From Candidatus Zixiibacteriota bacterium (lineage in GTDB: Bacteria > RBG-13-66-14 > B26-G2 > WVWN01), in assembly GCA_050117845.1 (NCBI GenBank), contig JASFLY010000012.1, positions 1 to 64,000 of the forward strand: 64,000 bases of DNA, given 5' to 3'. This document shows, one piece after another, positions 57,683 through 64,000 of this stretch (its first letter is position 1; each line of letters begins with the position of its first letter). The notes under the pieces are model-generated. The model did no database searches, had not been told where the DNA came from, and saw only the letters and a program-made list of their open reading frames with translations. The translations under genes and the position numbers were made by a program.

Positions 57683-58946
57683 CGTCGAATAGCGCGGCCA
57701 GCTCGCCGGTGAGGCGGCGCCGCTCGAAGCGTTCGACCCCGGCGGCGGGGGGAGGCGCCGCCGCGGAAGTCGGCCGGTCGTCGTACAGTTCCGCCAGCGC
57801 GGCCTGAGCGGCCGCCACGTCATCGGGGGCGACAATGCGGCCGGCGTCGAACTCGCGCACGAGCGCGGCGGCCTCGCCGTCCGGCGGGACCAGCGCCAGT
57901 ATGGGCCGGCCGGCCCGGAGGTACTCGAATATCTTGCCGGTGAGGGTGGCCCCGGCGCCGGGGCGGGAGCCAATGACCAGCAGGTTGGCGTCGGCGGAGC
58001 GCATAACGTCCACGGCGTGGCCGTGGCCGGCGGCGCCCTCGGCGCTTATCGCTACGCCGTAGGTCTCGGCCCGGCCGGTCAGGGCCTTGCCAATGGGGCC
58101 TACCAGGCGGACGCGGAAATCTTCGGGCCCCAGGTTCCGGCTCGCGACGAAGTCCCCGGCGGCGGCGAGAAAGGTCCAGGGCATCCGGCCGCCGTAGAAC
58201 TGGCCCGTGTAGGACACCGTGAACGGCCCGGGGGACGCGGGGACGTCGCCCGCGAAGTCGGCCTCGTCGTAGCCGTTGGGGATGAAGGCCACGGGGCGGC
58301 CGGCGGGCAGGCGGCCGCGGTAGGTCTCGGCCATGCCGGCGGTGACGGCGACGGCGGCGGCGGCGCGTTCCAGCACCGCGGCCTCGGCCCGCGGCGTCCG
58401 CCAGCGGTGGTAGGGGGTAGGCGGCCGGTCGAAGGGATTGCCGGCCCAGGCGTCGCGGTAGTCGAGGACGAGCGGCAGGCCCGTCTCCCGGGCGAGGCGT
58501 TCGCCCACGAGGTGCGACGTGTAGGGCGGCGCCGTCGAGAAGATGAGCCGTACGTCGAACTCGTCGAGCAGATTACGGGCCTCGTCGTACGCGGGGCCGG
58601 CGAAAGGCGCGTAGAGGTCGGGAAAGGAGAGCACCCTTCGGAACTCGCGGGAGAGACGCCGGCCGGCCCGGGCCAAAAAACGCCGGGACCCCGGGGCCGG
58701 GACGGAGGCGTCGTCGCGGGCGCGGCCTCGGCCCCAGAAGCGCCGCGGCGCGGCCCGCCGCACGACCGTATCGGCCGGGACCTCGGCCAGGAGCTGTTCG
58801 TCGTAGAGGTGATACCGGGCGGCCCCGGCCACTACCAGCGGCCGCCAGCCGAACGCCGGCAGGTACTTCACGAACTTGAGCGCGCGCAGAACGGCGCCGC
58901 CGCCCATGGGCGGGAAGAAGTACGAGAGGAATAGGACGTCGCGCAT
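57666..58946 (-). CDS. GT4-family glycosyltransferase (paralog of its neighbour)
   Basis: FPP.GGG...R..KF.KYL, TAPP, DYRDAW, PNGYD, TGKIFEYL..GRPIL; start ATG 58946. Confidence 0.9.
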   Translation of the reverse strand: MRDVLFLSYFFPPMGGGAVLRALKFVKYLPAFGWRPLVVAGAARYHLYDEQLLAEVPADTVVRRAAPRRFWGRGRARDDASVPAPGSRRFLARAGRRLSREFRRVLSFPDLYAPFAGPAYDEARNLLDEFDVRLIFSTAPPYTSHLVGERLARETGLPLVLDYRDAWAGNPFDRPPTPYHRWRTPRAEAAVLERAAAAVAVTAGMAETYRGRLPAGRPVAFIPNGYDEADFAGDVPASPGPFTVSYTGQFYGGRMPWTFLAAAGDFVASRNLGPEDFRVRLVGPIGKALTGRAETYGVAISAEGAAGHGHAVDVMRSADANLLVIGSRPGAGATLTGKIFEYLRAGRPILALVPPDGEAAALVREFDAGRIVAPDDVAAAQAALAELYDDRPTSAAAPPPAAGVERFERRRLTGELAALFDDVAGR

Positions 58947-59000
58947 AAGGATAAAGGCCGGCGTCGTCCGGCCGGGGCGTTCCGGGTCCACGGGCGAGTA

Positions 59001-59783
59001 TTAGCGGCCTTCAGGTTCGACGACGTGGTACGACTTCAATTGCGCCAGAAAGGTATACCGGGCCCCGTTGGGGACGTATATCTCGTCGCCGGTGTACTGG
59101 ACGAACCCCTTATTGGGTTTGAACCAGCCGTATTGCACGTAACTCATCTCGGCGTCGCCGCCGGAGGTCATGTGGAACGTGGCGTAGATGGTCCGGCGTA
59201 TCTTGTAGCAACTCTCGAACGTCCCCATGGGTATCGTGAGGTCTTCTTTCGTAACGACGTTTCTTATTATCTCTACGTCGACGTTGTCTTCCCGGCCGTC
59301 GTTGTCCACGTCCGCCGAAAGGCCCAGGCAGAGCGGCGACATGCGGTCCTGTTTCGCCTCGGCCCAACTGCGGTTGACGCGCAACGGGTAGACCAGGTAG
59401 CGCCACGCCGGGTCGTAATACACGGCGTCCACCAGGCGCCCGGAGAAGTAGAACTCGCGGCCCGGCATCGCGACGCCGCTCTCCTCGTCATCCGCCAGGA
59501 AGAGAATTTCGTAATCCTCGGCGCCAGGAGCCAGCCGCACGAGGCGCCCGGCGAGGTGGCCGCCCACGACGACCTCGCCGTCGAAGGTTTCGGTGTATTC
59601 GGTTGCGATACCGGTGGGAACGTTATTGAAGTACTGCTGGTAGGAATAGGTCCAGGTGGAACCGTCGCCGTTGGGGTAGTACAGCGGGTCCCCCCCGTCG
59701 CCTACCGTCGGCGCGTCGCCGACGTTGCTGCAGGCAACGGCGAACAACAGCGCCGCGGCCGCGATAAAGAGTACTGCCCTCAT
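59001..59783 (-). CDS. Hypothetical lipoprotein (beta-rich)
   Basis: Lipobox AVAC; YYP..G..WTY, L.V...W, T.P.GTF..C, WF....G.V. The longer ORF call runs through the tRNA. Confidence 0.75.
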   Translation of the reverse strand: MRAVLFIAAAALLFAVACSNVGDAPTVGDGGDPLYYPNGDGSTWTYSYQQYFNNVPTGIATEYTETFDGEVVVGGHLAGRLVRLAPGAEDYEILFLADDEESGVAMPGREFYFSGRLVDAVYYDPAWRYLVYPLRVNRSWAEAKQDRMSPLCLGLSADVDNDGREDNVDVEIIRNVVTKEDLTIPMGTFESCYKIRRTIYATFHMTSGGDAEMSYVQYGWFKPNKGFVQYTGDEIYVPNGARYTFLAQLKSYHVVEPEGR

Positions 59784-59814
59784 ATAAGTAATAAGGGCCG
59801 TCCGGCCCTCGATT

Positions 59815-59888
59815 CGCGCCCGGAGGGATTCGAACCCCCAACCTACGGATCCGTAGTCCGTTGCTCTATCCAATTGAGCCACGGGCGC
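59815..59888 (-). tRNA. tRNA-Arg(ACG), CCA not encoded
   Basis: GCGCCCG acceptor stem, ACGGA-CTACGGA-TCCGT anticodon arm, GGTTCGAATCC. Confidence 0.95.
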
Positions 59889-59900
59889 ACAAGCGGGCGT

Positions 59901-59930
59901 ATTGTAACAGAAAAAAACGCCCCAAGTCAA
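59901..59930 (-). promoter_or_regulatory. sigma70 promoter of tRNA-Arg
   Basis: TTGACT-18 bp-TACAAT with TG extension. Confidence 0.65.
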
Positions 59931-59964
59931 GGCGCTTGAATAACGGCGAATCGCGCCGGCCGGT

Positions 59965-60492
59965 TCAGAAAAAAACCTGGAACCCGGTCCCCAACATATG
60001 GCCGAAGACCGGGCCGTCCCGGTAGGCGGGGAAATAAACGCGACCTTCGTAACCGGCGACCAGCGCCGTCCGCGGAACGACGAAGAATTTAGCGCCGAAC
60101 CGGGGTACCAGGCCGACGTCGCCGTCGAAGAACGACGTAGCCCTTACCCATAAGCCGACGTACGGCGACCACTTGGGGCCGGTATCGAAATGGTAATCCG
60201 GGCCGAAACCGATAGCGCCGTACGCGTCCTCGAAACCGTATGTACCCAGATCGACCGAACCGCCCAACCACAAACCCCGGGCAACGAAGATACCGATGCC
60301 GGGGCCGACGTATAACGCGGTTCCCCCCGATAGGTACCAGGTTCCGGTGTCCAAACTGACGGTAATAGTCCCGCGCTCCAGGAGTTCGTTGTCGGCACGG
60401 GAGACGGCGGGTACGGCCGCGGCGCCCGCGAATACGGCCAACGCGGTATTAACGACGAATACGTATCGGTTACGAAGCAAAACGAAATCCAT
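59965..60492 (-). CDS. Small (about 8-strand) outer-membrane beta-barrel
   Basis: Signal peptide, P..G.F, PY.G, G.K.FV, C-terminal GFQVFF. Confidence 0.75.
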   Translation of the reverse strand: MDFVLLRNRYVFVVNTALAVFAGAAAVPAVSRADNELLERGTITVSLDTGTWYLSGGTALYVGPGIGIFVARGLWLGGSVDLGTYGFEDAYGAIGFGPDYHFDTGPKWSPYVGLWVRATSFFDGDVGLVPRFGAKFFVVPRTALVAGYEGRVYFPAYRDGPVFGHMLGTGFQVFF

Positions 60493-61050
60493 TTAGAATA
60501 CTATCTGCAGGCCGAAATCTATGGAAACGTTACTATTGATAGAGGTTTCGCCGCCATACTTAAAAAACGCTGCCCGATAAATAAGGCCGAAGTAAAACGG
60601 CGTTTGAGGCGCTACGAACGCCTTGGCGCCGCCGCCGAATTGCACTACCGGATTGACCTCGTCGTCATAGTCGAAACCGTACATGGCCCCGGCCATGCCC
60701 CGCATATATATCGCCCATCGGGGGCTCACCGGGGCGTCGATTTCCGACCCCAACGCCAACTCGACGTACGTAGCGCCGTCGCTCCCGTGATCGAAATCAT
60801 AGTAACCCAAATACTTCACGGCCGTGACGAAAGCGACGTTGTCTGCAAAGAAATACCCGACCTCGGGCGACAACGATATCATTGCCGCGTTGCCGTATAC
60901 GTCCGCGAAGAATAACGGTACCGACGTAGACGCGCCGAAGCCCAAAAAACAGTAACCCGGCGCTAGGCACTCGGTCCCCGCGCCGGCGACCGCGGCCGTG
61001 AACGTCACGGCCGATAATACCGCCATTGATATTTTAATCAAGCGAACCAT
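60493..61050 (-). CDS. Small (about 8-strand) outer-membrane beta-barrel, probable paralog of its neighbour
   Basis: Signal peptide, PEVGYF, G.K.FV.P.T, C-terminal GLQIVF. Confidence 0.75.
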   Translation of the reverse strand: MVRLIKISMAVLSAVTFTAAVAGAGTECLAPGYCFLGFGASTSVPLFFADVYGNAAMISLSPEVGYFFADNVAFVTAVKYLGYYDFDHGSDGATYVELALGSEIDAPVSPRWAIYMRGMAGAMYGFDYDDEVNPVVQFGGGAKAFVAPQTPFYFGLIYRAAFFKYGGETSINSNVSIDFGLQIVF

Positions 61051-61064
61051 ATTTCGAAGCCACT

Positions 61065-62540
61065 TTACGGTGAAACCGGATCGCCGTCGAGCACTTTTTC
61101 CTTACCGGCGCCGAGGCCCCGAGTTATTACGCGGAAGTAATCGCCCAGAGCCCGGCCGCGCAGTATACCCTTTATCTTCTCGAAGACGAAACGCGGCGAC
61201 ATTAATCTCATTAGAATAAACCCGATACGTAACTTCCGCAACTCCCTTATCCCCAGGCCGGGTTGGAGTAATATCGGGACGTTGTCCGGGTTGCGGAAGA
61301 GCTTGCGTTGCTCTTCGTTCAGGTACGGCGCGGACCAGCGGAAGCCTTCGGGCAAAAGGTCCTGGTCCCGGGCGTATTCCTCGACGTAGGTTCCCGGGTA
61401 GACCTTGACGCCGGCGTGGTAGCCGAAGAGGCGGACGTACTTGCGATTCCGCCGGATGAAGCGATTGGTCCGTTTCGCCTCGGCGTAGGTCTCGCCCGGG
61501 TGGCCGAGCGTGAAGAAGGCCTTGGTCAAAAGGCCGAGTTCGTCGCACCAACGGAGGACCCGCTCGGCCTGCTCCAGCGTTATCCGTTTGCGGACGCACT
61601 GGTCGAGGACGCGCTGCGAGCCGGCCTCGACGCCGACGTCGACGTAGTAGCAACCGGCGTCCCGCATCCGGGAGAGGAGGGCCTCGTCCACGGTGTCGAC
61701 GCGGATCTCGCACTCCCACGGTACGTCGATGCCGCGGCGCCTCAGTTCGTCGCAGAATCCCTCGGCGTGCCGCCGGTTCAACGTGAACGTGCTGTCGAAG
61801 ATTTTGATGCCGCGGGCGCCGTAGTTCGTAACCAGGTCCTCGACCTCGTCGCCGACCGCCGCGGGCGAACGGGCCCGGTAGCTCGAGCCGAACATAGCGG
61901 ACGCCGAACAGAAGGTGCAGGCGATGGGGCACCCCCGGGCCGTCATGATGGAGGCCCCGGGGACGTCCTCCAGGTACTCCATATTCATATTGTACCGGCC
62001 GTAGGGCACGAGGTCCCGGGCGGGAGCGCCGAGGGCTTCGAGGTCGCGGCGGGGAGGCCGCGGCGGGTTGTGAACGATGCGGCCTTCGTCGCGGTAGGAA
62101 ATACCTTTTATGCGGGATAACTCGGCCGGCCGGCCGCCACCCTCCGCCCAGGCCGCGAGTTCGAGGCAGGACTCTTCCCCCTCGCCCCGGACGATTACGT
62201 CAATCGCCGGGACGTGCTCGAGGGTATCGTCGGCGGTGAAGGTGGCGTGGGGGCCGCCGTAGACGACGACGGCCTCGGCGGAACGCTCCTTTACGCGGGA
62301 AGCTAAATCGAAAGAGAGAAAGCGGCTGTGGCTGGTGCCGCCTATCAGGACCAGAGAAGGCTGGATTTCCCCCGACAACGCCACGGGGTCGCGCCCGTCC
62401 ACCTGTTGGTCGACGAAGGTGACGGCGTGGCCCGCGCGGCGCAACTCGCCGCCCAGCCACAACATGCCGAGCGGCGGCATCTTCTCGAAGTATTCAAGAT
62501 CGGGGTCGGCCGGGTATACGGCCAGGATGGATGCCCCCAA
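61065..62540 (-). CDS. B12-binding radical SAM enzyme
   Basis: PPLG, GGPHAT, GEGE, TARGCPIACTFC, G.EAG, G.PGET; TTG at 62540 has RBS GGAGG. Confidence 0.9.
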   Translation of the reverse strand: MGASILAVYPADPDLEYFEKMPPLGMLWLGGELRRAGHAVTFVDQQVDGRDPVALSGEIQPSLVLIGGTSHSRFLSFDLASRVKERSAEAVVVYGGPHATFTADDTLEHVPAIDVIVRGEGEESCLELAAWAEGGGRPAELSRIKGISYRDEGRIVHNPPRPPRRDLEALGAPARDLVPYGRYNMNMEYLEDVPGASIMTARGCPIACTFCSASAMFGSSYRARSPAAVGDEVEDLVTNYGARGIKIFDSTFTLNRRHAEGFCDELRRRGIDVPWECEIRVDTVDEALLSRMRDAGCYYVDVGVEAGSQRVLDQCVRKRITLEQAERVLRWCDELGLLTKAFFTLGHPGETYAEAKRTNRFIRRNRKYVRLFGYHAGVKVYPGTYVEEYARDQDLLPEGFRWSAPYLNEEQRKLFRNPDNVPILLQPGLGIRELRKLRIGFILMRLMSPRFVFEKIKGILRGRALGDYFRVITRGLGAGKEKVLDGDPVSP

Positions 62541-62571
62541 AACTTCCTCCCGGGTCAACCTCTCACCTAGT

Positions 62572-64000
62572 TTATTCGTACCGGCCGGAAGCCGCCCCCA
62601 ACCGCACGTCGTGGACGCGGTCCTCCTTATGCTTGACGCGAAAGCCCAGGCCCCGCAGGAACCCTCGCCACAACCTTCCCACCTCGCCGACGCGTACCGC
62701 ACGTATAGCCTTCGTCAGAATGTAGCGCGGCGTCAGGAAGTATCCCCAGAGGAAGCGCTTGCGCAGGCGCCGGAGTTCGTCGACGCCCATCTGCGGCTGG
62801 AGCAGCAGCGGCACGTTGTCGCGTAATTTAAACAACTTCTCGTTGTCGTCGTTCTCGTACGGTGCGGCCCAGTCGAAGCCCTCGGGCATCAAGCCGTGCT
62901 GCCGGGCGTACGCCTCCACGCGCGTCCCGGGGTAAATGCGCACTCCCGGGTTGTAGCCGCGGAAGGTCATCAGGTGGCCGTACTTGCGGGCGAACCTGTT
63001 GGTCTTCACGGCCTGCTCGAAGGTCTCGCCCGGGTGCCCCAGGCTGAACGAGACCTTGGTGTAGAGGCCCAGTTCCTTCGCCCAGTGCATCACCCGAACC
63101 GCTTTCTCGAGCGTGATCCGCTTGCTGATATACTCCAGGACGTCCTCGTCCGCCGACTCCACGCCGAAGCAGATAATGTAGCAGCCGGCCTCCCGCATCT
63201 TCGCGAGCAGGGCCTTGTCGACGGTGTCCACGCGGACCTGGCATTGCCACGGCACCTCTATGCCGCGGCGCATGAGTTCGTCGCAGAAGTCCTCGACGTG
63301 GGAGCGACGCAGCGAGAAGGTCGAGTCGAAAATGACGAGGCCCTCGACGCCGTAGCGGTCCATCACCTGCTCGACCTCGTCCACGATGCTCGCGGCGCCG
63401 CGGGTATAGTAGCGCTTGCCGAAAAAGAAAGACTCCGAACAGAATGCGCAACAGATCGGACAGCCCCGGGAGGTCATGAGGATGGTGCCGGGGATGCCCA
63501 GCATGTCCATGACCAGACGGTATCGCTCCATGGGGAGGAGGTGCCGCGCCGGCAGGGGGATGGAGTCGAGGTCGGCCAGGCGCTCGCGGGCGGGCGTCGC
63601 GACGGCGCGTCCCTCCTCGTCGCGGTACGTTATGCCGTGGATTTTCGAGAGGTCCTCGGGCCGGCCGGCCCCCCGGACCTTCCAGGTCGCGAGCTCGAGG
63701 GAGGTGTATTCGCCCTCGCCGTGGGCCACGAGGTCTATATCGCCGATGCGGGCCAGCGTCTCGGGCGCGGTGAAGGAGGCGTGCGGCCCGCCGTAGATAA
63801 CGCTAATCGACGGGTCGAACTCCTTGAGCCGTCGGGCGTACTCGAAGGCGCGGAAACGGCCGTGGGAGGTCCCGCCGATGAGCGCCACCTTGGGCCGGGC
63901 ATCGGCGACGAAGTCGCCGAAATCCTCGGTCTCCACCTGTTCGTCGTAGAGCGCCACCGAGTAGCCCTCGCGCTCGAGCACGGCGGCGATCCAGGCGAGG
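62572..64000 (-). CDS. B12-binding radical SAM enzyme (5' end outside the window)
   Basis: GGPHAS, GEGE, TSRGCPICCAFC, GVES, G.PGET. Confidence 0.9.
   Translation of the reverse strand, partial: LAWIAAVLEREGYSVALYDEQVETEDFGDFVADARPKVALIGGTSHGRFRAFEYARRLKEFDPSISVIYGGPHASFTAPETLARIGDIDLVAHGEGEYTSLELATWKVRGAGRPEDLSKIHGITYRDEEGRAVATPARERLADLDSIPLPARHLLPMERYRLVMDMLGIPGTILMTSRGCPICCAFCSESFFFGKRYYTRGAASIVDEVEQVMDRYGVEGLVIFDSTFSLRRSHVEDFCDELMRRGIEVPWQCQVRVDTVDKALLAKMREAGCYIICFGVESADEDVLEYISKRITLEKAVRVMHWAKELGLYTKVSFSLGHPGETFEQAVKTNRFARKYGHLMTFRGYNPGVRIYPGTRVEAYARQHGLMPEGFDWAAPYENDDNEKLFKLRDNVPLLLQPQMGVDELRRLRKRFLWGYFLTPRYILTKAIRAVRVGEVGRLWRGFLRGLGFRVKHKEDRVHDVRLGAASGRYE

Overview
A 64 kb stretch of high-GC, diderm bacterial chromosome. 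It is probably from an anaerobic FCB-related candidate lineage (inferred from the PorU/PorV and FlgD-type sorting domains, not determined). About 58 CDS and three tRNAs (Ser-GGA, Ser-CGA, Arg-ACG) are supported. I see no integrase, transposase, prophage or CRISPR array. Housekeeping and metabolic genes include hisS, ddl, yajC, mtnP, ruvX, ugd, a split metH, queH, mutL, coaX and tatA. The most interesting observations are: (1) a two-gene operon with a consensus sigma70 promoter and a perfect Fur-type palindrome, encoding a small secreted putative TIMP/OB-like protein and a prodomain-less matrixin with a T9SS/FlgD tail; (2) a 1181-aa headless coiled-coil protein co-transcribed with a divergent orphan ParA; (3) a T9SS-like PorU-PorV pair plus cargo proteins sharing one C-terminal module; (4) an in-frame TAG followed by a stem-loop inside a DUF3795-DUF3788-like gene; (5) a CesT/YbjN-PspA-membrane protein-OM barrel operon; (6) a GGA-rich multi-hairpin intergenic segment. 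All family calls come from motif recognition by eye; no searches were run.
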